Program-made: the position numbers and the translations under genes
Part shown: positions 38,685 through 52,448 of the stretch, piece by piece
Position numbering within the stretch: position 1 is the first letter of the stretch
Layout of the letters: each line of letters starts with the position of its first letter
NCBI GenBank assembly: GCA_002269645.1
Contig: NIVC01000517.1
Coordinates: 213,043-277,042, forward strand
Length of the DNA stretch: 64,000 bases
Source of the DNA: Macrostomum lignano
Taxonomy: Eukaryota
Direction of reading: 5' to 3'
Notes under the pieces: generated by a model
What the model was told of the DNA's origin: nothing
The model's database searches: none
What the model saw: the letters and a program-made list of their open reading frames with translations, nothing else

Positions 38685-39830
38685 GAGATGGCATTGGAAT
38701 TCAGTAGAAATGGCATTAAAATTCAGTAGAAATGGCATTGAGTTTCAGTAGAGATGGCATTGAGTTTCAGTAGAAATGGCATTGAGTTTCAGTAGAAATG
38801 GCATTGAGTTTCAGTAGAAATGGCATTGAGTTTCAGTTGAAATGGCATTGAAATTCAGTAGAAATTGCATTGAAATTCAGTAGAAATGGCATTGAGTTTC
38901 AGTAGAAATGGCATTGAAATTCAGTAGAAATGGCACTGAAATTCAGTAGAAATGGCATTGGAATTCAGTAGAAATGGCATTGAAATTCAGTAGAAGTGGA
39001 ATTGGAATTCAGTAGAAATGGCACTGAAATTCAGTAGAAATGGCATTGAGTTTCAGTAGAGATGGCATTGAGTTTCAGTAGAAATGGCATTGAGTTTCAG
39101 TAGAAATGGCATTGAGTTTCAGTAGAAATGGCATTGTAATTCAGTAGAAATTGCATTGAAATTCAGTAGAAATGGCATTGAGTTTCAGTAGAAATGGCAC
39201 TGAAATTCAGTAGAAATGGCATTGGAATTCAGTAGAAATGGCATTGAGTTTCAGTAGAAATGGCATTGAGTTTCAGTAGAAATGGCATTGAGTTTCAGTA
39301 GAAATGGCATTGAGTTTCAGTTGAAATGGCATTGAAATTCAGTAGAAATTGCATTGAAATTCAGTAGAAATGGCATTGAGTTTCAGTAGAAATGGCATTG
39401 AAATTCAGTAGAAATGGCACTGAAATTCAGTAGAAATGGCATTGGAATTCAGTAGAAATGGCATTGAAATTCAGTAGAAATGGCACTGAAATTCAGTAGA
39501 AATGGCATTGGAATTCAGTAGAAATGGCATTGAAATTCAGTAGAAATGGCATTGAGATTCAGTAGAAATGGCATTGAATTTCAGTAGAAATGGCATTGAA
39601 TTTCAGTAGAAATGGCATTGAATTTCAGTAGAAATGGCATTGAGATTCAGAAGAGATGGCATTGAGATTCAGTAGAAATGGCATTGCATTTCAGTAGAAA
39701 TGGCATTGAATTTCAGTAGAAATGGCATTGAATTTCAGTAGAAATGGCATTGAGATTCAGAAGAGATGGCATTGAGATTCAGTAGAAATGGCATTGAAAT
39801 TCAGTAGAAATGGGACAGAGTTTAGTAGAA
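38685..39830. repeat. 22-bp minisatellite (agtagaaatggcattgagtttc)
   Basis: Tandem copies. Confidence 0.95.
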
Positions 39831-40671
39831 ATGGCACCGAAGTTCAGTGACAGAGCAACACAGGGACTTCCCGTTGTGATCCAATTCGCTTAAGTGCTTC
39901 ATGTACTTGCATTAGAAATATTAGTTTGCACAACAGCTTTCTCGCTTAGCTAACCTGTCGTAGCGTTAATCCTGATAAGAGATTATTACTCGTACCTGTC
40001 TATCTGTCTATCCGTTTTATTCATATTTAATAAACCACTTTTGTTTTAACTTACTCAATTTTTTCAGTTTTTTGTTCGCACTTATAATGCTCAGCAGCTG
40101 CTACTTATTTATATGCTGCATATATAAGTAATATACACTGATTGTTTTTGTGATAATGTCCTCAATTGAAATAATTTAGGCTTGAGCTAAGCGTACTAGC
40201 ATAATAAAAATGGTTTGCTTTAAGTTATTTGCGACTAAATAAAACTGTACAAAATCTCACATTTTAAAAGTAAACCTAGTCGATATTCGGTGTTATACGT
40301 GTAGCTGTTGCCGCAGTTTTGCAGAAATTTGATGCAGTCTGAATTCGCGTTATATTTGCAGCAATTAACGTTGGCTTATTGTGAGGGTTCTGTGCAACCG
40401 AAAAATCAGTTTTTGTGTTAGTTTTGAATTCTTGAATTACATCTTCGTAGATTTTATATGCACGTCTAATCTGTTGTTATTAAAGCATCATCGATCATAC
40501 AATATTTTTTCTCAGCTACTTGCAGTAGGCAGATGTACTAGCGGAGAGAGCTAATCGAATATACAGAATTAGAGACGATAGACAACCTCTCGTATTGCTT
40601 GATCAAATTGCTTGATTTATTTAACGGACTGGTTCACTGCAAGAGAGATAAATAAATTACCTTGATTGATA

Positions 40672-41710
<1,039 letters not shown>

Positions 41711-41870
41711 TATTTCAACGTTCTGTTCGCTTCGTTTTGCGCACTCTCTGTAGCGTCGTTCTTCACTTTGGCCCGGATTAAACATTTAGCTATTGAATTA
41801 AAATTACTTAAAGCAAGTTAAATACAAAATAAATACAATATAAGATTCCGGTTTTTCTGTTCGTTTAAAT

Positions 41871-42164
41871 CAGGGATCGGCAAACTTTGTTCAACTTAAG
41901 GGCCTGTTAGAGAATCTAGCGCATGACTGCCGGACAGAGGTTCGAGAAAGGAGTGAGGAGAAAGGAGGGAGGGGGGAGAGAAGAGAGGAGAGAAGGGAGA
42001 GGAGAGGGAGATGGGAGATGAGAGATGAGAGACAAAAGAGAGAAGAGGAGAGAAAAAGAAAAGAGAGGAGAAGCGACACAAACCCTGAGCGGACTGGATT
42101 TCTATTGAGAAGTTTCAACAAGCCCGAAGGGCCGGATAGAGAGGCCGGAGTTTTGCGACCCCTG
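41871..42164. mobile_element. hAT (Charlie-like) MITE, 294 bp
   Basis: TIRs cagggatcggcaaact / agttttgcgacccctg; 8-bp TSD gtttaaat / atttaaat (1 mismatch). Confidence 0.75.
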
Positions 42165-42564
42165 ATTTAAATGTTTGCAGAGTCTTTAGAAGCTGCGCAG
42201 CAAGGCTGCAATCAGAAGCGGCTGGTTGGTGCTGCAGGTGTCGCATTTTCCCGCCGTGTGTCCTGCTATCGGTAGGCAGTCGCCGCAGCCGGCGTAGTAA
42301 ATCTACAAATGAGGTGACGACAGGCGAGCAGCTGGTGGGAAGAACTGCTCATTTCCAAACAAGAAGCTTCTTCCTATAGTTGTGACTGCAACATTGCAAA
42401 CTGAAGTAGAAGAAACCTACATGTACGCTCGTACACTCTAGCTACAAAATTTCTAGCATTTTACAGCTTTTGACCGCTCGGTGGACAATAACTCGGCCTT
42501 GCGGACTTCCGAATAACAATTATTGAGTTACAATTATTGTCACAATTGATTTCTGAATAATAAT

Positions 42565-42750
42565 AATAATATTTGATTACACCTGCACTAATGGACAGAT
42601 GTGCAACCGACAGCTCAGCCGCAGCTGTTGCGCAGCGCATCTGAAGGCTGCGTACGGCTGTTCAGTCCAAGGACTGGGGGGTCGCCACAAACAGCCTTAA
42701 TTACCCCAGCTAATGCTGGCACCCATTTTACAGTTGGGTGAACTGAAGCA
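42565..42750 (-). mobile_element. CORE-like SINE, 5'-truncated, with (ATT)n tail; a partial inverted CORE copy lies at 42803-42872
   Basis: ttcagttcacccaactgtaaaatgggtgcc CORE-like segment plus 3' region shared with 3340-3460; tgtgtccttgagcaagacacttaactctgcattgctttagttcacccagctgtaaaatgggtgcc on the + strand. Confidence 0.7.
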
Positions 42751-42871
42751 ATACAGAGAAATACAGGAAATACAGAATACAGAAATACAGCAATACAGGA
42801 ACAATTTGTGTCCTTGAGCAAGACACTTAACTCTGCATTGCTTTAGTTCACCCAGCTGTAAAATGGGTGCC

Positions 42872-43250
42872 ACTAAGGTGTCACTCGGCCAAGTGCTCAG
42901 ATGCTTCTGTCTAAGGTTTCACTCAGCAATGAGAGTGCTCAGATGCTTCTGTTTAAGGTGTCAATCAGCAATGCGAGTGCTCAGATGCTTCTGTCTAAGG
43001 TGTCAATCAGCAATGAGAGTGCTCAGATGCTTCTGTCTCAGGTGTCACTCGGCAATGAGAGTGCTCAGATGCTTCTGTCTAAGGTGTCACTCGGCAATGC
43101 GAGTGCTCAGATGCTTCTGTCTAAGGTGTCACTCGGCAATGCGAGTGCTCAGATGCTTCTGTCTAAGGTGTCACTCGGCAATGAGAGTGCTCAGATGCTT
43201 CTGTCTAAGGTGTCACTCAGCAATGAGAGTGCTCAGATGCTTCTGCCTAA
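42872..43250. repeat. 42-bp tandem repeat
   Basis: 14-aa periodic translation; about 9 copies. Confidence 0.9.
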
Positions 43251-43383
43251 GGCGTGGAACCTACAGCTGTGACCGTAATTTGTCTATGGTCATAACCCAG
43301 AAGAAATAATTCTATTTAAAATTAATATAGCCAACGATTGGTTCCATTTTTAAGTCGCACTGATCGTTCTTAATAAGTAAATA

Positions 43384-43528
43384 ATAAACGCCGTTTAATT
43401 CACATTCTGTGGTTAGAATGTCCGAGGCTGCGTTTAATGGTCTCGAGGCGAGCGAAGCGAGCCGAGGACCATTGATTGTAGCCGAGGATATTCTAACCAT
43501 AGACTATGATGAATTAAACGGCGTTTAT
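43384..43528. repeat. 145-bp imperfect palindrome (MITE-like hairpin) centred on gcgagcgaagcgagc
   Basis: Arms ataaacgccgtttaattca...tggttagaat...aatggtc pair with gaccatt...attctaacca...tgaattaaacggcgtttat. Confidence 0.8.
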
Positions 43529-43714
43529 CATATATTAAATTCGATTGCTCCTGATTTCGAGGAGATTATATGATATAATATCCTAGTTTTTGTTAAAAAT
43601 TACCACAGACAACACATTCCCGGCTCAGAAAAGTACAATTTTTTAACGATTAAATAAGCAATCGTATTTTATATAAACAAAAACTATAAATTACCCCGAG
43701 GGAAAGAGATTCAC

Positions 43715-46700
43715 ATGGAAGTCTCAACCACCGAAACCCGCGACTCCGTGAGCTCAGCGGACGAAGGCAAACAGCAATCTTTGCCTGGCAACTCCGGTCG
43801 ATGCGGACACCGTGTCCAGTTCAATCAGCACCAGCAGGAGCTGGCAGATGTGGCGGCCTATTGCCGAGCCAAGTGCAAGGAGTGGCTGTCAGTCGGGGCC
43901 TACCCCATGGACAAGAAACTGGCCGAATTCTTCACCGACTCGGCGATGCAGCGGACAGCCGCCACGGGCTGGTGCAGCTTCAGATTCACTCCCGGCGACC
44001 TGGAGTCTGTCTGGTGCCGCCAGTTTGCCAGGACACTGGAACAGCTGGGCTGGACAGCGACGGATGCTGCTCAGGAGAGGCCGGGTGAGTAATATGACGC
44101 TCCATCCGCCCGAAGGACTCGCAATAACTATGAAATCGGCATTCAGGAAGAGCCATTCTAACCAAGAGATTCACACTATTAGAAATCACAGGAATCACTC
44201 CAGAATCTGAGCTCTCTAAGTCTAAGAAGCACTCCGTGAGAGAGTCACTTTGAAAGCGATTCGCACACTAAAATTTGCACTTACTAAGAGTCACTCCAGG
44301 GGATCAAATTTCACATCTTGATATCAGCACTCAATCAGAGTCACTCCGAGTGATATTCACACTAACGGAATTTGGCACTCGCTAAGAGTCACTCCACGAG
44401 AGATTCACACCCTCAAATTAGCACTCGCTAGGAGTCACTCAATGAGAGATTCACACCCTCAAATTATCACTCGCTAGGAGTCCCTTAATGAGAGATTCAC
44501 ACCATGAAATTGGCACTCGTCAGAGTCACTCCACGAGAGATATTCACACCCTGAAATTGGCACTTGCTAAGAGTCACTCCATGAGGGATTCACACCCTGA
44601 AATTAGCACTCGCTAGGAGTCACTCCATGAGAGATTCACACCCTGAAATCCGAACTCGCTAGGAGTCACTCCATGAGAGAGATTCACACTCTGAAATTAG
44701 CACTCACTAAGAGTCACTCTGCGAGATATTCACACCCTGCAATTGACCCCAAAAATCGGTACTGTATTCAAGTACTAGCTGTACTTTTATTTATCAAATA
44801 ACCCCAGCGCCCCCGCCAGAGTGCCAGCTGCAGCCGCCGTCGCTTCCGCCGCCGCTTCTGCTCGGCCCGGAGGCGGCCTTGTCGCTGCGCCGACAGCCGA
44901 GCTTTGTCCAGCACGCCGCCCGAGTCGTCTGTTGGGACTGTCGACAATCCGACGAAGACGGAAATGTCGGCGGCGTGTCGAGCTACTGGAAGCTCTGCGA
45001 AACCTTGGAATCGTTCGAGCGAAGCCTCCACCAGCTGGCCGGGATGCGGCTGCTGATGACTGACGGCGACGCGGACCAGCAGGCTGCGGGGAACAAGATG
45101 CGGCGCGGCGATCGGATTTGTCGGGGGTTGGAGAGCGCTGATTTTCTGTTGCCTACGCTGCATTTGGGCGAGGTCTGGGGCCGGCGATTGGCCTTGTTTC
45201 TTAAGGTGAGGCTGGGTCAACTGGGGTCATCCAGGGTCAATGGTCAACCGGGGTCATCCAGGGTCATCTAGGGTCAATGGTCAACCGGGGTCATCCAGGG
45301 TCATCTAGGGTCAATGGTCAACTGGGGTCATCCAGGGTTATCTAGGGTCAATGGTCAACTGGGGTCATCCAGGGTCATCTAGGGTCAATGGTCAACCGGA
45401 GTCATCCAGGGTCATCTAGGGTCAATGATCAACCGGGGTCATCCAGGGTCATCTAGGATCAATGGTCAACCGGGGTCATCCAGGGTTGTCTAGAGTCAAT
45501 GGTCAACCGAGGTCATCCAGGGTCATCTGGGGTCAATGGTCATTAACCGGGGTTAAAAAAAAACTGCATGGAGTCATTCCGGGTCAGCTGGGAACATTTA
45601 GGGTCATTACATTTACGCACTAAATTTAGGGTGAAGTGTAGTATACAAGTAGTGGACAAAGACAATGTGCATGAGTACTATAACCGGGGAAACGCCCCCA
45701 CCATACATACATTACACAAGATTCCAGGATCAGTTGAGCTCATTTAAGGTTAGGTGAGGTAACTTAAACTCAGCTAGTGTAATACAGGATCTGCTGGGGC
45801 TATTAACAAGCTTGAAGTTAACTATAGTCTCTAGGATCAAATTGGAGCAGCAGGGCAAGTTGATGTGTCTTTTTAAGCCAAGCAATGTCTATTAAGTGAC
45901 GTCATTTGAAACATTGATTAGCATATGCAAACTTAGATGAGGCACTGTAAAATAGTTTTGTCAGGTGAGGTCATCTAGGGTCACGGAAAGTCATCTAGGA
46001 TCATGAGAGGTGAACTAGGGTCGTGGAGGGTCATCTAGAGTTACGAAAGGTCATCTAGGGTCGTGGGAGGTCTTCTCTAGCATCGTGGGAGGTCTTCTCT
46101 AGCATCGTAGGAGGTTATCTAAGGCTATGAAGTCATCTAGGGTCAGATGAGGTCATCTAGGGTCAGATGAAGTAATCTAGGGTCAGATGAGGTCATCTAA
46201 GGTCAGATGAAGTAATCTAGGGTCAGATGAAGTAATCTAGGGTCAGATGAGGTCATCTAAGGTCAGATGAAGTAATCTAGGGTCAGATGAAGTAATCTAG
46301 GGTCAGATGAGGTCATCTAGGGTCAGATGAGGTAATCTAGGGTCCGATGAAGTAATCTAGAGTCAGATAAAGTAATCTAGGGTCAGATGAGGTCATCTAA
46401 GGTCAGATGAAGTAATCTAGGGTCAGATGAGGTCATCTAAGGTCAGATGAAGTAATCTAGGGTCAGATGAGGTCATCTAAGGTCAGATGAAGTAATCTAG
46501 GGTCAGATGAAGTAATCTAGGGTCAGATGAGGTCATCTAAGGTCAGATGAAGTAATCTAGGGTCAGATGAGGTCATCTAAGGTCAGATGAAGTAATCTAG
46601 GGTCAGATGAAGTAATCTAGGGTCACATGAGGTCATCTAAGGTCAGATGAAGTAATCTAGGGTCAGATGAAGTAATCTAGGGCCAGATGAGGTAATCTAT

Positions 46701-48153
46701 ATGTTTACCGTCTGCAACTGCCTTCAAATCCTAACAACAAACAACAAAAGGCCCAAGGCGATTGCTGTTTCCACCTGAGACCAGAGCGGGCAGCTGACGC
46801 CTCACCAGCAAAGTCTGTCGTCTACTACAGGCCTGAGCCGGATCAAAACTCGGGTCGAAAACGTTTGGAAGCTCTTGAATCGATTCGAATAAAGAAATTC
46901 GGCGGCAGCGTAGGCCGAGACGCAGCCTGGGGCGGTCACCAGCTGCTGCTGCTGCAGGCTTGGCCAACGAGCGGCCAGCGGATGCGCCTGACTGGTCGTG
47001 ACTTCACGCTGGACACCTTCCTGCTGCTGGCGCCTCGGCGGAACTGGATTGAGTTCGGCTGCGCCGGCTTCTTTCATCGCGGTTGGCAAAGTTTTGGGGG
47101 AATCTAGTTTGGGAATTTCCGATTAAGAATTCCCGGTTACGGAGTTCCCATGGGGATTCTACTTTGGGGATTCCCGATAGGGAAATTCTCAATTAGGATT
47201 CCCGATTGGGAGATTCTGAATTAGGATTCCCGATCGGGGATTCCTGGTTGAATTGAGAGATTCTGAATTAGGATTCCCGACTAAGAATTTCTGTTTAAGA
47301 ACTTGCTCATGGAGATCCCTGTAACCTGTAATTGGGATATTCCGTTAGGGATTCTTAAATCACCTATCTGCAATTATTAGGTTTCCCAAAATATCCCAAA
47401 TCCAATCAATCCCCCGCAGGACTAGTCCGGATCTCCCAACAGCAGTTGCCTCAGCCGAGTAAATCATCGGGATCTTCGGGAACTTCGACAACATCATCGT
47501 CGACAGCTGCAGCAACGGCGAAAGCTTCATCAACGCCGGGCTGCTGTTGGCTGCCGGAGCAACTGTTGGACTATCTCTGCACAGCCGAGCCGGCCACTGC
47601 CTCATGGTTCAACTCCGTTGTCTACCCTCAGCTCGACGCCGTGGCCTCCTACTTGGCGATGGCGCTCAGCCAGCAGGTGCTGGACAGCAGCCACGCTCAG
47701 TTCCGCCTGACCCGCCTGTCCTTCCTTGTGCTGCAAGCGCCTTCAACAACAGCCGGCGTAGCCAACAGCAACAGCCCTGAAGGCTGCGGCAGAGCGGCCG
47801 GCTCATCGTCAAATCCAACTAACGCACCGCCTGCGGCTGCAGACTGTCAGCTGCAGGTTCGACTAGTTGACGTTGGCCAGTGCGCAGGCGGCAGCTGCGA
47901 AGGCGCCCAAGACTGGTCCAGAGCGGAGACCCTCACGACTAGCAGGATCGCCCAGGAGGCGGCGATGATTGTCGCCGAGCTGATGGTCAGATCCGGCGGA
48001 AGAACTGGCGCGACTCAGGCCAACTGGGGAGCTTTCGCCGAGAACTATCCCGCCAGACGGCTGGTGGCGCCGCACAGTATGAGGCCGGTGTTTGACAGCG
48101 TCGATCCCGCGGTGCAACGGGCGGTTCTGGCCGCCGCGCGCAGACACCGCTGA
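43715..48153 (+). CDS. Divergent tubulin-tyrosine-ligase/ATP-grasp-like protein, probably catalytically altered, 606 aa; exons 43715-44084, 44820-45205, 46751-47081, 47420-48153
   Basis: All four exons join in phase (total 1821 nt). Segments LLLQAW...GRDFTLDTFLLL, HRGLVRIS, WLPEQLLDYL, QFRLTRLSFLVL and VRLVDVG parallel the TTLL motifs vQkYi..GrKFDlRvYvLv, eGlvRf, wsl..l..yL, FelfGfDflld and pwLlEvN. Gene structure is more certain than the family call. Confidence 0.6.
44225..46700. repeat. Intronic minisatellites: ~46-bp (44225-44745), 37-bp (45225-45545), 20-bp (45960-46700)
   Basis: Tandem copies in introns 1 and 2 of the TTL-like gene. Confidence 0.9.
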
Positions 48154-48359
48154 CTGGTGCAGGCACCGTTCGCCCGATTCACATCTATACGTATGTATAT
48201 TTCTAAATCTGCTAGGCACTACAGTTTCACGCACAGTACTACATGGCTGCTGCAACTATGCAATGCAATTGTACGGCAATTCGATAGCGAAATAAACATG
48301 GCTATTGCCTGTTTTTTTACGTTTTTGGTTTGCGACAAAAGTTTTAAACACTTAAATGT

Positions 48360-50760
48360 TCTTGTCTACCAGATAAGCCACCCTGTCTACCAGATAAGCC
48401 ACCCTGTCTACCAGATAAGCTACCCTGTCTACCAGATAAGCTACCCTGTCTGCCAGATAAGCTCCCCTGTCTGCCAGATAAGCTCCCCTGTCTGCCAGAT
48501 AAGCTCCCCTGTCTGCCAGATAGGCTACCCTGTCTGCCAGATAGGCTACCCTGTCTACTAGATAAGCTGCACTGTCTACCAAATAAGCTGCACTATCTAC
48601 CAGATAAGCTACATTGTCTACCAGCCAGATAAGCTGCACTGTCTACCAAATAAGCTGCACTATCTACCAGATAAGCTACATTGTCTACCAGCCAGATAAG
48701 CTGCACTGTCTACCAAATAAGCTGCACTATCTACCAGATAAGCTACCTATCTACCAGATAAGCTACCCTGTCTACCAGATAAGCTACCTATCTACCAGAT
48801 AAGCTACCTATATACCAGATAAGCCACCCTGTTTACCAGATAAGCCACCCTGTCTACCAGATAAGCTGCACTATCTACCAGATAAGCTGCACAATCTACC
48901 AGATAAGCTGCACTATCTACCAGATAAGCTGCACTATCTACCAGATAAGCTGCACTATCTACCAGATAAGCTGCACTATCTACCAGATAAGCTGCACAAT
49001 CTACCAGATAAGCTGCACTATCTACCAGATAAGCTGCACTATCTACCAGATAAACTGCAATATCTAACAGATAAACTACACTATCCACTAAATATCTACC
49101 AGTACCAGTCGATAGTACCAAATATCTACCAGCTACTCGTAAAATATCTACCAGTTAACTAACTTGTCTACCAGATAAGCTATTTATTAAATTGAAGGGT
49201 TCGATGTAAAAATGAATATTAATTAACGACAACACACTAATCTGGATATTGAATTAGTAGCCACTATGTAACTGAAACAACAACGGCACAAAGCCTATAT
49301 ATATAGTAATTAATATAAATATATTTTCTTTTAGTTACACCACATACACAATAAATCTTCAAGGGAGCGTTTTGTGCCGCAGGCAGACACAGCAGACAGA
49401 AACTATTGATGGAAAAATATTAGTGGGCCAAAATGTACTTCTATTTTTTACAAATACAAAAAGCAAGTATTACCTATAAATCATTACCGAAACCAATGTT
49501 TTCAGAAAAAAAAACAAAAAACAAGCTGAAAATGCCGAAAAGAGCAAATTTAAAAGTACAAATTTACAAATTACTCTAAAGACAAACAAAATATTAATTA
49601 GATACGAGATATCGTCTCTCTAAAAATATTGACAATGCTTTTCTATTTAACAGGAATTATCTTATCAGGACGTCAGGGAGTTTGAAGGCGCAAAACGTTA
49701 ATTAAATATTAATTGGCACGCTCAAAAATGGAAAATTCAAAGAGGGATTGAGATGTACACAGTTATTGCACAGTTAAATTTCATAAATATGTGATTTTTA
49801 AGTCCAGACCATAGGCTTAAAAATATGACAGCCATCTTACATAACCTCGTGCAAAAAGTATTTTCTTTATATTCTTTATTTTGATTATTCCTGGACAATA
49901 AAAAAGGCAGAGCATTAGAAATTATCCGTATTGTTCTATCGGACCAAGTTTAAATCTACCAGATAGATCTACTAATCTGCCTGACAGACTACCAATCTGC
50001 CTGACAGACTACCATCTGCCTGACAGACTACCGATCTGCCTGACAGACTACCGATCTGCCTGACAGACTACCGATCTGCCTGACAGACTACAAACCTACC
50101 TGACAGACTACCAATCTGTATGACAGACTACCAATCTGCCTGACAGACTACCGATCTGTATGACAGACTACCAATCTGCCTGACAGACTACCGATCTGCC
50201 TGACAGACTACCGCTCTGCCTGACAGACTACCGATCTGCCTGACAGACTACAAACCTACCTGACAGACTACCAATCTGCCTGACAGACTACGAATTTACC
50301 AGATAGATCTACCAATCTACCTGACAGACTACAAACCTGCCTGACAGACTACCAATCTGCCTGACAGACAGACTACCAATCTGCCTGACAGACTACCAAT
50401 CTGCCTGACAGACTACCGATCTGCCTGACAGACTACCGATCTGCCTGACAGACTGCAAACCTACCTGACAGACTACCAATCTACCAGATAGATCTACCAA
50501 ACTACTATATAGATCTACCAATCTACCAGACAGATCTAACAATCTACATAACAGACTACGAATCTACCAGACAGATCTAGCAATCTACCATATAGATCTA
50601 CCAATCTACCAGACAGATCTACCAATCTACCAGACAGACTACTAATCTACCAGATGGACCTACTAGCCTACCAGATAAAACAGACAAAACTACAAATGTG
50701 CTATTTATTGCAAAAACATCAATCTACTAGATAAAACAACCAATCTACCAGATGAAGCTG
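48360..50760. repeat. 21-bp (48360-49180) and 20-bp (49955-50760) minisatellites sharing a ctaccaga core
   Basis: Tandem copies. Confidence 0.9.
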
Positions 50761-51419
50761 TTCATTTACCAAATGTGAAAATCAATTGGAAAACAATGAC
50801 CAAAACAAAATTTGAAAGAACGAAAACAACGATAGTTAAATATTCAAGCAATTGAAGAGCGGACACACACAGTATTGGCAATGCGCAATTGCATGAAAGA
50901 TAAAAGAAAGTGAGCATTCGGTCTGCACTACTTACAGCAGCAGCAGTAGCATTTTGCCCGCTTCTTATTAGCTGGATATGACAATAAAAATAGCATACTT
51001 GATTCATAAGCACTGTGGTGGGACACATTTTTGGCTTGAACAACTACTAAAAACTAAAACTGCAATTGCAAAAACCCACCAGACACCAGTAAACGAAGCA
51101 ATTCACCGAAATTCCACTTGAGTCAGGCGGTTTTGCTATCAATAAATACAGGAGGCCAGTCTGGAACAAACTAAAATAATGATCCAATGGTTAATAAGAA
51201 ATTCGATGACTGTAAAACATCAAACTTAAATTAAGTTGGAGACAGTCTCTGTTATTCACTATGTTCTGACTTGAGATATCCACCCGTTAAAGGGATAGTT
51301 CAAGGGATTTCAGACAGCTTGTTTGATTGAGGATTACATGAAAAAGGAACCCAAAATTTGAGATATGCACAGACAAAAATAAACTGACACGGTGTCTTAA
51401 CAAAAAGCAGAATGCCGAC

Positions 51420-52088
51420 AATCGCTCAATCAATCAATCACTCGATCAATCACTCAATTAATCAATCGCTCAATCAGTCAATCAATCAATCAATCAATCA
51501 ACCAATCACTCAATCAATCGCTCAATCAGTCAATCAATCAATCAATCAAACAATCACTCAATCAATCGCTCAATCAATCAAGTAATCACCACTATCACCA
51601 CTCAATCAATCAATCACTCGATCAATCAATCAATCAAATCACCCAATTAATCAATCAATCAATCGCTCAATCAATCAATCAATCGCTCAATCAATCAATC
51701 AATCGCTCAATCAATCAAGTAATCACCACTATCACCACTCAATCAATCAATCACTCGATCAATCAATCAATCAAATCACCCAATTAATCAATCAATCAAT
51801 CGCTCAATCAATCAATCAATCGCTCAATCAGTCAATCAATCAATCAATCAATCGCTCAATCAGTCAATCAGTCAATCAATCAATCAATCAATCAACCAAT
51901 CACTCAATCAATCGCTCAATCAGTCAATCAATCAATCAATCAAACAATCACTCAATCAATCGCTCAATCAATCAAGTAATCACCACTATCACCACTCAAT
52001 CAATCAATCACTCGATCAATCAATCAATCAAATCACCCAATTAATCAATCAATCAATCGCTCAATCAATCAATCAATCGCTCAATCAG

Positions 52089-52120
<32 letters not shown>

Positions 52121-52445
52121 CCAATCACTCAATCAATCGCTCAATCAGTCAATCAATCAATCAATCAATCAAACAATCACTCAATCAATCAAGTAATCAC
52201 CACTATCACCACTCAATCAATCAATCACTCGATCAATCAATCAATCAAATCATCCAATTAATCAATCAATCGCTCAATCAATCAAGTAATCACCACTATC
52301 ACCACTCAATCAATCAATCACTCGATCAACCAATCAATCAAATCACCCAATTAATCAATCAATCAATCGCTCAATGAATCAATGAATCAATCATTCAATC
52401 AGTCAATCAATCACTTACTAAAAAATCAATCAATCAATTGCTCAA
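51420..52445. repeat. (TCAA)n-based degenerate satellite immediately 3' of the PERK stop codon
   Basis: Direct reading. Confidence 0.9.
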
Positions 52446-52448
52446 TAT

